NCBI GenBank assembly: GCA_040954595.2
Contig: CM082580.2
Span: 796,783 to 860,782, forward strand
Direction of reading: 5' to 3'
From: Balanoglossus misakiensis
Lineage: Eukaryota > Animalia > Hemichordata
Length of the DNA: 64,000 bases
Of the stretch, positions 40,441 through 53,720 are shown one piece after another. The notes below the pieces were generated by a model, which saw nothing but the letters and a program-made list of their open reading frames with translations, made no database searches and had not been told where the DNA came from. A program made the position numbers and the translations under genes. Within the stretch, counting starts at the first letter, position 1; the number at the start of each line of letters is the position of its first letter.

Positions 40441-43400
40441 GGTAAAATTATATAAGGCTGTTTATTTTACTGATAAAAAATTTTATAGGTCTTTGTAGGT
40501 TATAATAAAGAAAATTATCAAAATCGGTTCACCAGTTTTCAAGGTACAAAAGCATCAAAAAATACTGATATTCTCAAGTATCTTCAACATTTTTCAAAAA
40601 ATTATGCACGATTCACAGAAGAATACTTCTTTCAGTTTTACAGGAGATCATCTAAACTTGTAAAGAAAATCTCTCTATTTTTTGCATGGCACCATGGGAA
40701 ATATGAAATTTTGCAATGTTTGATGTTCCGTGTCTCAATCATAGTTGATCTAATTGTAACGAAATTTTCAGAATATATTACAATATATGTGCAGATACAG
40801 ATAGTGACTTCAGTTTTTGATATCTGGATTACAATTTAAATTCCCAGGCGCTCAAAAAAGGAAAAACCTAGCATTTTACCATTGCAAATGGGCGGCCATA
40901 TTGGATTGATATTTCATTAGATGGCAATATCTGTTTATACACTGCAATTTGCTGAAAATCAGTTCAATCACTGTAGTGAGTGGAAATATTTAAATTCTTG
41001 TGTATTTTGAGCAATAATACTACTACCAAAAATATTTTATACAGTTACTTCTGGACAGCAAAAATTGCCATCATTCAAGTCAAACTCTCAGATCGGCCCT
41101 TTTGCTTGCCTGTGTTGGGCAGATATCAAAAGTGGAGAAAGTTGGATAGTGTAATGTCTACATGTATTTGTACTATCCTTGTAGTCTATTAACATTTACA
41201 CGATTTTCATATTAATTTTGGTATGATATGCATGGAAAGACTGGCTGGCTATAAATCATAAAACTGAACGTCCTTGCACCATACAGTTTTTACTGCATAC
41301 ACATGTAGTTTAAGCAAACTGTGTATTTCATGTATTCCACTTTTCTGCCTTCCTTGCTGGCTTTCTCCATTTATTTTCTTACTGTTTCTTTGTAACATTA
41401 CTGATTTTTTTTTCTGGTAATTCAATTTCTGGCTGAAATAAATGTACTAGAGCTGGTAAGGTTTCCTGAACATTAATCCCTGTATCTTGAAGGCAGGTGT
41501 GCAAGTTCATATAAAGTTCATTGGTTAAAGGAATATTATGAGCTGATAAATCTTCTAAGCTCTTCTTTCTGGCTAGAAGGTCTGCTATATTATCGAATAC
41601 TCTTTATGCTACTTCCATAATGTTGCCTGTGCAAATTAACAATCAAAATACCCACTTGCTAGACAATTGTAAGACAAACATTTTTGTTGGGTAATTACAG
41701 AATAATTATTTTAATTCCATGCATACTCTACCTAAACACAAATTAGAATATATAACTGAAATTATAATTATACACAGGTCTATGAAATGCAAAGAAAATG
41801 TATTTCTAGGAAAGAACACCCATGGGCATTCAGCTCTAAGCAGATAACATCAGTCACTTTGAAGACATGTCACTTCCCAGACTTGACTAAACAAACTTCC
41901 AACCCTGAAGTGAAACGCATCTCCGAGTTGCATACACAATATGATCATATAATGTTAGATATTTATCATGGTTTAAGTGAAAACAAATTAGGAGATGTAA
42001 ACACCCCTGCCATTTATTCAGTGCCATATAATGCTGCCATTATGCACATATTGACTCTAGCCACTTTCCCAGTGGGAGGAAAAAGACTTTAATGGACACC
42101 AAGCGGGAAGAAACGAAAGTTACTAAGTTTTTGGCATTTCATTTTTATTTGTGAGATCGAGAAATTAAAATATGACAAGTTTAGAAAATAATCAGATTAC
42201 ACAGTATGTCCCAGTTCGTATGGCGGCCATATTGGATTCTGAACTCTCTAGTGATATAAACATATAGTGTACTTGGCGAGTCTCAGTATAGGGAAATCAA
42301 CACAATCAGACAAAACTTGGGTTACCCATTGCAATAATACTATCAAATTTCAAAGCAATCCCATATGCAGTTTCAGAAAAATCAGTATTTTCACCAAAAT
42401 TGTACAATATCTTACGTCAATCGCTTCAGGGAACATGCCTACCAAAGCTCAAGGCAATCTGACAATCAGTTTGAAAGAAAATAATTTTTAATGAAAAATT
42501 CCAAAACTATCACACACAAAACGCAAATATGCATATTTCAAGTATTTTTCTAAAACATCTCACTTAATTATTCCCAAGGAACAACCCTGCAAAATTTGAA
42601 AGCAATCTGACAAGCAGTTTTAGATAAAACAATTTTTGACCAAAAAAGACAAAAAATTCTACAAAATTATAAATATGCACATTTTTCATCAACCAGGTTT
42701 TCATCAAATGGGACCATATATCCAAATGTATGCTTCAAAGCAACACGACTCTCAGAGAAAAAAATGCTTGTCACCCTGGTCAAAAATTTGGTTTTACTAA
42801 AACATCAAATCGGTTATCTCTCAAAGCTAAAAGGGTTATCACCAAACAGATTACAATTTTCTTTACTTGTGGTGGTTTTGGTTTTATCGGTTTGCCCAAT
42901 AAAAATTAGGATAATTGTTTAAGTATGCCAACAGTGAGGTGGAAATCACACCAGAAAAGCGAAAATACGCCAACAACATGTAAACAGTAAAATGTTACGA
43001 AAAAACAAACAGAAAAGCGAAAATACACCAACCACGTTTAAACCGTAAAATTAAAAAAAAATGCAAACACTGGCTCTACGTGCGCTTAGGCAAGAGGCCT
43101 AGCAATAAAATTCTCACAGAGTATAACCCTATAAATATGTCTAGACTTTCTCGATTATGACCTCAGGGTCAGCAGCGAAGCCATACACAGAATGGCCGAG
43201 AGGCATGGCTAGCTGCACGCCCGTAGCTCGGATTTTTTTCTGGAATAAGACCTACTTCTGTTCAACTACAAGGTGTTGAACGGATAGCTGCAAATCACCT
43301 AATACCAGACTAAACAATCGAGCGACGGTAACGTAGCTACATAGGCTATGGTACTAAAAGCAATGACTGGATTATGAGCCTACCGAAAAGACGTCTTGAT

Positions 43401-46400
43401 CCCGCGGCAGTAAGAAGGAAAGTGGTCGAAACCCGGCGTCGCACACCGGAAACGGGTCAATGATCACCTGTTGTTATGGAGAGTGGGACTTGTTACCCAA
43501 TCACAGACCATAGTTAGCATTACGACACACTAATGAATATGCATACATGCTATAGCTGCCTATTTTATTATTTTAGAACGCACTGGAACATGCTCGCATT
43601 CGAAGGAATATTCCATTTGTATATGCAAATAGCAAACCTATGTTCTCGAGTGTGAGTGCACCATTGTCTCAGGGGGGTGGCTCACGTCCCAAAGAACAGG
43701 GGGTAATTTTCTACCACAGCCGCGCATTTCAAACCGAGCAAGCAAACTGCTAACTTCCGTTGTCTGGGCAACATTTTGATGTGCGTTAAGTTTTGCACCT
43801 ATTCGACTTTGAGGAAACAGACCTATAATACTTCCTAATGTGGTTCTCTTTCTGGGTCATTTTGTTGGTCCAACCACGATCCACGAGATCGTAAACTGCT
43901 TGGATTAGGGCGCGTTAGGAAGCTGCAGCTGCGGCCGCAGGTCAAGTCGGTGTGTGTTGTATTTAACAAACATGGTGAATGTGTTCGGCACAGCAACATG
44001 CTCGCTCTACCCACAGCCACTGTACCGTACTGTCGATCGTTTCCATGTCTGTTTCACGCTCGCTCTTTATAATGCCCTTATCACGCCTCCCGTATTGTGT
44101 TCATGATATGACAGTCCCACTAATCTGACAACACGCTCGCTTTTATTATGTCAATTTGTCCCGTTCGCTAGCACTGCGTTCAGGCCTGCATTCACCATTA
44201 ACAGACTATCCCATTCGCCAACTTTACTGAACTACAAAGTGAAGAACCAGTTTGCGTCTTGGCCGAAACAACCGGGGTCATGGAAATTAAAGGCCGAACC
44301 GAGAAGATTAAGTGCCATTCCCGAAGTAACGACCAACCAATGTTTACAGAGAAATCAGATGACATCAAATAGCGGAGTTCTTATCCTGTCGGGATGCGTT
44401 TACCTCGGAATCGGCGAAGTTTTTTTGTCGTCGAGTTTGATTTCATGGACGATGCAGTCTAGTTATTTGATGATCCATAATTGATATTTTTTTTTTTGGG
44501 GGGGGGGGGTCCTGGTGTCGATAATTCGAGGCAGGAGAAGAAATGTGCCGACAGCGCAAATTGCCGTTTTTCTCGCTCTGTTTAGTCGATTTTGACAACT
44601 TCAAAAGTATTAAACTTCACTCTGCGTTGGTCGAGAGGTCTTAAATTTTACCCATCCAACAAAACAAACGTTTGTAGTCAATAAAGTGTTCTTGGCGGGA
44701 ATTAAAATTGATTCAATGCAATTCAAGTTTGAATTTGATCAAATTTTCTAAATATAGATAAATCGACAGGCCAACACTGTCCATGCACCAAAAAGAACAG
44801 CTGGTCGCGGAGATGAATTTTGTTTTTGTATATAACAAAATACCCTACAAAATATAAAAGTTCCGAATTACCTATAATTTGATTCCATTATAATTCCAAT
44901 ACTATTAACTCAATTTTAGAGTAATACACTGGGAACTATTATTTTTCAAAATTGGAAAATATGCCCCCAAAATACAAGATATTGCCAACAAAAAGCATTG
45001 ACACTTTCATCATTGGTTTTGTAAATTATCATGACAACGCACCCAGGAACCTTTAAATCAAATTTGAAAGCAATGGAGTAGAGGGTTCTGAGAAAGAGTT
45101 TTGACCAAAAATGGCAAAAATCACCCCAAAAATATAATATTAAATTCTTCTAGTTGATTTGACAAACATACATGCAAATTTCCAAAGCAATCTATGAGCT
45201 GTTTTACATTTAAAAAATGATCAAAAAAGTAAAAATTGCTCGCAAATTTTGCAGCAATTTAAACAAAACTTTAGTAACTCAGATCACCTATATGAAGCTC
45301 CATACTAAATTTCAAAGAGGTGGGCTGATTAATTCCAGAAAGGTAGTTTTTTACAAAAATGTAGAAAAAGACAAACAAATGCGAAAAATAGAAAATTCAA
45401 AGTATTACCTCAAAACATACAGAATCATTATGACCAGGGGTTGCTGAGTTTCTGAGTTTTGACCAAATTAAGGTTTTTCCCAGAAAATTTGCATATTTTT
45501 GGCAATGTCAACTTCGTTTGAACAAACTCCCATCTACAACCCGGTATGCATCTACACACCAAATATCGAGGTTGTACGCGTAGCAGTCTTCAAGTTTTTG
45601 ATGTGGATGGACATACTCCCATACATCCATACAGATGCAACGTACCGATCTCATAAGGTCCCACTGGAATATACCAATACAAATGTGACATAAACACTTG
45701 ACTTGCGGGCGCTGTTACTCCTCAATGAAAGCAGATAACGCGACACAAACTGGTCATTTTTTTCAAACTTGTGCTATAAGTAATATGTGTGACCAACTCT
45801 ATGACTTAATTTTTTGTTAATGACCTAATACCAAACAAATAGATATGATCTAATTTAAAAAAAACTGTCCCAAAACTGCCAAACACAAAAATGCAAACAT
45901 CACCAAAATTATACAATATCTTACTTCGATGAGAACATGCTTACCAAAGTTCAAAGCAATCTGACAAGTGGTTTCAACAAGAAAATCACAAGTTACCTCA
46001 AGAACACAAATAAGCAAATTTCAACAAAATTTTCAAACAACTTACAATTGCTTAACCCTGAGAACATGCCTACCAATTCCCAAAGCAATCTGACAAGCAC
46101 GAGGTTTCAGAGAAAACGATTTTTGACCAAAAATTGCAAAATTTGGCTCATAATTACAAATGTGCAAACTTTGCAACAATTACACCTATAGGAAGATTTA
46201 TACTAAATGTTAAAGAAATCAGCCAATTACTTTCATAGAAAATATTTTACCATTGTGTTAAAAGACAAAACATTCATAAAAAGTAGACAATTCACGATGT
46301 TAGCTTAGAACTTATATAGCTCTATGATCTTGGCATAAGAAACATGCATACCACTTTTCAAAGCAATCTGACCAGTAGTTCCCAGCTAACAACTGAGAAC

Positions 46401-48782
46401 AGAATAGCCAAAATCATCACCAGCGCCTAACACTACATTTGATTTTAATCAGATGAAAAAGGGAAGTAAGCAGACCATTTGTTGGAGCGGCTGATCCTCA
46501 CCTGAAATCAAAGAGACAGACAAAAGCACTCATTTTATCAGAATATTTATTTTATGTATGCAAAAATCCTAACATGATATCTCTGTCTACTTGTTTATCC
46601 TGATAGGAAAATTGTTAGAATAAAAAATATCAAAGATATTTCTTCCTAACGCTGCATACACTATGTACATACTCTAGCAGTCTTGAAAGTACACTGAAAT
46701 GTTTGTCAAAAGCTCTTCTTAAAAACTGCATAACATACCAAACTTTCAGTACAATATAAGCAATATCCGGAAAAAAATTAAACCAACTTAGCATCTTATG
46801 CAAAATGAAAGAAATTGAGGAATCGTGTCCCCCCTTCCCTTCAGCACTATACATGATTCTACAGCCTCAAGGTGTCATTCTTCACACAAACATAAAATGA
46901 ATGGCTGAAATTCTAGAAATGTAGAAACAATGACATGTGAATATTGTTATTAAAAATGTGATTTTAATCGTTTGGCAACTATGGTCACTTCCTAATAATT
47001 GACTATATTTCTTAACATGCATCTAATAGTTTGATTCTACCATGCTTGTCACGGATTTTGCCGATCACCAAACACAAAACACAACAAAATGGTTTAACAG
47101 TTTCACAAGCCATATGCCTAAAACAGGGACATCATCAGTTCATATGTATGGCCAGTCTGGCTACAGAGGTGAACTGACTATGTATATGCATGGGATTCTT
47201 TTATATCCCTTTGGTCACGTGACCAGTTTATATATTTTCTGCTATTTCCCCAAGGGATTCATAGTCGATTCTATTTTCTTATCACCTGACGGATTCTGGC
47301 GAATCATGACACAGTGTTAGCATGAGGTATGTTATAAATACAGATATTACATACATACCGGTATTCAAATGAACTAATGGTTCGGTCCAAATCCATTGTT
47401 TCTGTTGGAAAAGTTGGATGTCTACACAGGGAACTGGGGGTGAATGGTGAGAGTGCTAAGAAAAAAGGCTGATGGTAATTTTCCATTTTTATCTAACCTG
47501 TATACATGTGTGGGCTTAATCTTTCCCAATAATGCTGACACACAACAAGTTAATTGTTTTACAAAACTCTCCTTGAGAGTCAAATGAAGGCACCTGATAT
47601 AAGCCCAAAGACTTCATTCTTTTCCACACACCACTTTTCTCTTTTCAAAGAGCTCCATTTCAAATTGTGTACACAAACAATGTCATTGTCACTGCCCAAG
47701 CCCAAACTTTCAAATTACAATGTGACATTTCAAAACACTGTTAGACTTCCCAATGAAACATTAACTCTGGATCGGTATCCATTCAAATTAGTGACAGCCC
47801 CGGGGTTAGATTGTTGTTAATTTTGTTATAATGGTGATATTTAATTGTTTGGCTTTAACAAAAATTATTACATGGACGTATAAACGTGTTATGTCCACAC
47901 ATATGCTGTGAGTTCAGCTTCAATCCAATTTCATAACAAATTATTCAACAACAAAAATAGAAAATGAACATCAAGAGCTAGTGACTTCGTGGCTTTCACA
48001 TGATAAATATACATTGCCCCATGCTAGAGTGTAATATTAACATGTCTCATACAACCTACAATTCTCTGTATATAACCAAACACATTCATTATAGCTGCAT
48101 TAGTTGGGTCACATAATCTGGAACCAGATAGGCTGACCTGAGCAATCCATGTTTTTGCAAGTGTTGTATTGTCACTGTTATAGTGTGACTTCTTTGGTGT
48201 AATGCTCCAATGAACATGTGAGTTTCAATTGGATAGATAAATGACCAATAACACAAAGTCTGTGATTGGGTAATACAAATGATTGGTATACAACTGGAAG
48301 TTCTGACACTGAAAGAGCTGTCTATTGCTCTCTTCCCTGAGGGAGCGATAGAGAGTAACTTTAGAGATACATTCTCCAATGATCAGGAGTTAATAAGGTA
48401 TTAGTCTAGTATATAGCTGTATTTTATCTGCTTTGCTTTCAAAAAACTATGCATGCCACTGGCCCAATAAAGCATGATACCCCTTGCAGGGAATCGTGAT
48501 GTAATTAGCATTACTTTGAAGTCAATCACGGACTTTGTTTTTCCAATGATTGGTCAAAGGATACATATGTGTGATTAAGGATTGGTACCATTTTAAATTT
48601 AAATTAGCCTTGCCTTTACTATAACCTTACACACAATCGCCATTGTTCAGTTTATGTCAGTGACTTTAAGGGGGATGGTAGTTACATCACAATTCCCAGC
48701 AAGAGCTATCAGGCTTTATTGGGCCAGTGGCATGCATCACTCTTGATGTTAGTTTTGGAAGTGGAAAAAATATGGCTATATA

Positions 48783-48986
48783 CTGTAAAACATGAAATTT
48801 TCGCAACGGGAAATTTTCATAATATCAAATGTGGCAACTGTTATGCAACGATTAATTTTCGCATTCTCGAATTTCAATTCATCATTATTTCTGAAAAACA
48901 TGTTTACGCGACTTTTTAGTTTCGTGTTTTTTTAGCACTTGCATGATTCGGGCGAATTTATCTCTCATGAAAATTTCCCATTTTAC
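48783..48986. mobile_element. Degenerate Tc1/mariner-type MITE
   Basis: ta-ctgtaaaacatgaaattttc ... gaaaatttcccattttaca imperfect TIRs. Confidence 0.5.
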
Positions 48987-49476
48987 ATACATCCTAAGAA
49001 TCATTTTTTCACACCAGAAGACAATGCACAGTTGCTTTGTGTATGGCATACTTTGTATTACAATAGACACTGACAACTAGTTACATCCTCCCAGCATACA
49101 AATATGGTTATATTGAAATAAGGCATTATGATGGAAACAATGTAAAGCTAATGCAAGAATTAGTACAGACCGAGTATATTATGTTACTACACTGGAATAA
49201 CAATTTCGTGTTATTTGATCTGTTTAAATTTTTTTTTTTAAATCAAGGAACACTGAAGAATGAGTGGAGGTGATAGCTTTGGAATGGATATGTCTGTATA
49301 CAGTAAATGAGAGTGATAAATATTCCAAATCCCCAATACTTGACTGTCTGGAAAAAACCTTGAGAATTTTCTGACATTTCTTTGGGCATCTGGGTTTCAT
49401 TTAGTATATAGAAGTTACAACGGTAATGAAGGCATGAACAGTCTCCTGTTCATTATAGTCAGTTTCCTGTAAGAAT

Positions 49477-49725
49477 TTATTGATTCGGAATATCAAAAAG
49501 ACTCATGTCAACAGCCAGCAGATTACTACATGATTGTTGCAGTGTTTGTTGCATGCTGGGTGCCAAGTCCATCTGAGGTACCTGTGGTCGCGGCCGTGGC
49601 TGTTGTCCTAGTTACAGCTGTTGCTGTTGTTGTTGTGATAACTGTTGCTGTTGTTGTTGTTGTTGCCATGTTTGTTGTTGTGGTGGTGGAATGGTTGCTT
49701 TTGTTCCGCTGGCTTGTTGCTGCTG
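49477..49725 (-). pseudogene. Gln-rich terminal exon with in-frame stop; probable MED25-like C-terminal fragment
   Basis: Acceptor tttaactgcag; frame QQQQASGTKATIPPPQQ...QQL*LGQQPRPRPQVPQMDL...SLFDIPNQ*; premature TAA at 49612-49614 (probable CAA>TAA). Confidence 0.6.
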
Positions 49726-51290
49726 CTGCAGTTAAATACAAACAAAACAGTTTTCTTTTAAAGTCACTTCACAGCAAATGGCAATGTATCAGGAGACACT
49801 TCTTTTTAATTTTCTTTACATTTGTCAATCAGACTGAAATTTAGGGCGGCATATAGTTAGTTACTGTACAATGGGAAATTGATTTAGGCTGTGTCTAAAA
49901 TTGATGGTTAGTTTCAAGACCCCTGTTGACCTAATTAATTATGTACACTCCTAATTCTAGGCTAACCAATAGATCTAGAAGTTTAGATTTTGTAGGACAT
50001 AGATCAGTTTAGGATCAAAACTTTTTGACAAAATTTTGGGTATCCACAGCAGATAATCCTTAGCATTCTGTAGGAACCCTGGGAATTGCTTGGGCCCAGT
50101 GAACACTGCTTGCAGCTTTAATTCACCATGTTCTCAGATGCAGACATTTTGAAGAGAATATGATTTAAATTCTAAGCAGACTTTTGTTAAAGTGTAATGT
50201 TCATCTAACACACATTTGCCAAAGCAGAGACTCTAGTTACAAAATTGTTATCTATGCCACAAGTGCTGTCTTAACAACAGACAAGGTGGCGGCAACCATA
50301 GTCTGTGTCATAGATTAGGAAAAGACAGCAAATTGAGTGAAAAGAAGAGACAAAACTAAATTCTTCTTATCTGGCATGCAAGAAATATAGAAGGAAGCGA
50401 AGGCAGTCCACTATATGAATGCACGCACATAAAATTGTGCAGAATATTTGGATTGGACGTTATTTTGTACACACAAAATTAACGCATATGTGCATAAGAG
50501 TAAGATGATTGTCGTCATTTAAAACTGTCTGTCAGAGGTTATCATCAGTGCTTCCACACTGGTACCATGGAAAAACTAGAGGAATTGAAAATAAGAATGA
50601 GACAAGATTTGTTGTATTTCTTTGTCAGTAATTTAGGTCTGCTTTCCTTCCAGCTTTTCCCCCCACACTAAAACTGAACAGGTTGGACCAGTCACACCTC
50701 CCTTAATCCTATTGGTCCCAATGTTTATTTCATCAATATATCTATGGCATGCTGACTTGGACAATAATTCTGACACAAAATTGATCATGAGTGTGAACTG
50801 ATTGCATAAACATTTTTCGAAAGTACTTCCTGTAAAAAGGGAGGAGGCTCCACACACCAGACTATTTTTGTTTATGTACATGACTTACACATGCGGGGGT
50901 TGTCAACTTGATGAAATAGCCATTCTCTAGATTTCTTATTGTTATAAGAGTGTACATAAACATGAAAAGTAAAATCATGAATATTAATAGATGTGGTGCG
51001 TATGGCCGATTTGAGGCAAATCAGCCATACCCACCACGTCTAAATCTGTGTGGGGAAAAGTTGTCATGTTGGGCAAATAGTTCATTGAATTTATTCTGTG
51101 TGACTGTCAGGTCTTCAATACATTAAAATCATTTTGGGAATGGCACAGACCATGTTATTTGTACCATCAAGAAAGCTCCTTTTTGAGAAAACTGATTTCA
51201 TTTTTCCCCACATAACAATTCCCAGAAGTGCCACTGGTACCAGTCTTGGTTTTCAAAATATTCACTGTACACATTATTATGACAACTTAC

Positions 51291-51542
51291 TTGTAAGAGG
51301 TGTTTTAGTTGTTGATTTGTTGATTGTATATTGGATGGCTGTGCTTGCACTGCTTGTTGTTGTTGTTGTTGTTATTGTTGGGCTCTCTCTTGTTGTAACC
51401 TTTGTAATTGCTGTTGTTGTTGATGTTGTTGTCTTAGAGCTATGAGTTGACTTTGTCTGGCATGTTGATCTTGCTGTTGTTTCAATTCAAGTTCTTTTTT
51501 CTGTGCCATCTCTAGATTCTTCTGCAGTGCTTGAATATTCCT
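51291..51542 (-). pseudogene. Gln-rich internal exon (252 bp, phase 0-0) with in-frame stop; resembles invertebrate Mediator subunit 25 C-terminal region
   Basis: tttcag acceptor, gtaag donor; RNIQALQKNLEMAQKKELELKQQ...QQ*QQQQQ...NQQLKHLLQ (LxxLL); stop at 51372-51374. MED25 assignment is from recalled motif similarity only. Confidence 0.65.
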
Positions 51543-52656
51543 CTGAAAGATCAAACAAAGAAAAGTGTAAACATTCAAACATTGTCATCTGTGTCAATCT
51601 ACCTACATGTAACATGACTACAGGAGCTTCAGCCAAGCCAAGCTTTTCACTTGGGAGATTATTGAAATCAATTTAAAACTCAGCAACTCCAACTTCGGGT
51701 TATTTTCTCAATACTTTTGTTTTGGCGGTCACCTTTCATTGAACAATGAATGGGCAAGTGCTCGCTCACTTCTTCACTGAATTTCACTGTTTGTTTATCT
51801 TATCATAAAAAAACTTGGGCATCGCAGTCCTTTGGACAAAAATATTCATGTGTGGTGATTTAAAATCAATGTTGCAAGAAGAAGAATTAATCACAGGATT
51901 AACGGTTTCTGATTGAAAAATACTAAATGCTTAATATGCCATATGCCGTACACAGAGTGATCACATTAGTCAATAGGACAGCTGTTCCAAAGGACTAAAA
52001 TGATGGCAACGTTTTAATATTATATTTATTTTACAAAACCTTGCATCTGAGCTTTACTTTAAAGTACTTCCATTTACTAGTAGTACAAGTGCACATCAGT
52101 TAACATTGACAGCTAGGCATGACGTCATAGATGTAGGACTTCAAAATGGACATTCTGAACAGTGGGGGCGCTCTATCATGGTGGATTTTAATGAACATGT
52201 GTATTTAATTTCATCACTCACATTTGTCCATGGAAACTGTATTTTAACATACGCTTATAGTTAAGGCATTTGCAGTATCTAGTCATATTACAGTAATACA
52301 CCAGACATGTTCTTAACTCAACTAAATGTGTGTAAGTTCAATTTCTGACCTCACTCAGATTACCCAAGTCCATGTGACAAACTCTACTGCAAGTATACAG
52401 ACTTGAACTCCGGAAAAACTAGTCACCTACAATACTTGAAATGGAGCCACATCCAAAACTTGACTTTGAGATCTTTTATCAAATCAGTTTTCCTTTTAGA
52501 ATTAGAACTCCCATGCAATTTTTGTGACAGAGGAAATAAATAGATTCTCAGAAAAAAACAGTTTCCTCTTTAAAGATCCAACCTTACCATAGAAAATAAA
52601 AGGTTTAGACTGAACCATAGTGGTGAAAGGGTTAAGCCAGAGCATGTATCAAAATA

Positions 52657-52826
52657 CAGTAAAACCTGTCTCAACCGAACCCTGTCTAATCTGGAAACCT
52701 GTATATTTCAAAGACATTGTTCAAACCTTTTGACATAGAACCACATGTTGAAAGAACCTCTTTAAATTGTACACCTGCAATCTGAACAATTTCTTCAGTC
52801 CCTTTGGTGTTAGACAGGTTTGACTG
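52657..52826. mobile_element. pogo/Tigger-like MITE
   Basis: TA-cagtaaaacctgtct ... agacaggtttgactg-TA. Confidence 0.8.
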
Positions 52827-53284
52827 TACTTGAAAGTGCAATTGAACAAAAATGCTAAAAAATATAATTGCAGAGAGTCAGTATTTTAGGCTGGGCATCA
52901 TCTACATAGTTCCCAGAGTCAATACTGTCACAGTAGTCCATTTCTCTATGTACCAAATTTTAATAAAACATTGCTATGCAGTCATGTTACCCTTCCAAGA
53001 TGCAAAGATGAGGCCAGTTGGTCACAAAGTAAAAACTTGATTGTCTTGTGTATCAACACTATAGTTGGGACTTATGTTCGACAGCCACATTTTATTGTAA
53101 GGTCAGTTTTACACGCAACTTGTATCATGTATACAACAAACTAGATGAGCTCGAGCAGTACTCTACTGACCGCCTTTTTCACATTGTCTGCATTGAGATG
53201 ACACTTTATTTTGGAAGGCTGCCCTCTTTATGAAAAATGTCATGATTGTGTTACACGTAAAAAAGACAGAAATCAACACAACAG

Positions 53285-53469
53285 CAGTCAAACCTGCTCA
53301 TTATGGCTAGTGAAGGGACTTTTCTAAACTGGCCTTTATAGATAAGTGGCCATTATACCTTGTAGAAAGTCAATTAATGTAGATGTAAATTGCACAGGGA
53401 CTAGAATAAAGTGGCCACTATATAGAGGTGGCTGCCTAATAGAGGTGGCCACTCAAACAGGTTTGACTG
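53285..53469. mobile_element. pogo/Tigger-like MITE
   Basis: cagtcaaacctg ... caggtttgactg-TA; internal gtggcc subrepeats. Confidence 0.75.
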
Positions 53470-53610
53470 TATGTTGATTTGTGTCATGAATAGCCGACAT
53501 TTACCAATGACTGATTGTACAATATATGATTTCAGTGTCACATATACATGTATAAGACACTAAGTACAAACCCATACATCTTACTTTCTCTCCAAATTGT
53601 AGATACTCAC

Positions 53611-53720
53611 CAACGCATGTATGTTGAATCCTGGTCTGCAACCACACTGGTAACTGGTTGGTGTGTTGTAACATACTCGTTGGCATGGTGACCAACCAGC
53701 TTGATCGCACTCATTGTCAT
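53611..53720 (-). pseudogene. Calcium-binding EGF-like exon with frameshift
   Basis: ccctgcag acceptor, gtgag donor; DDNECDQAGWSPCQRVCYNTPTSYQCGCRPGFN; the last Cys (TCV) lies in another frame; length 110 bp is not 3n. Confidence 0.8.

Noticed and set aside
48089-50881. Possible exons at ~48135-48400 and ~50633-50930
   Set aside because: Stops in the plausible frames or no recognisable homology; cannot be supported without a search
49526-51445. Val-rich membrane or Thr-rich mucin ORFs (49530+, 49526-, 51134+)
   Set aside because: Antisense or alternative frames of CAA/CAG Gln tracts
52616-52634. piggyBac-like end gaaagggttaa
   Set aside because: No matching left end seen, so no element can be delimited
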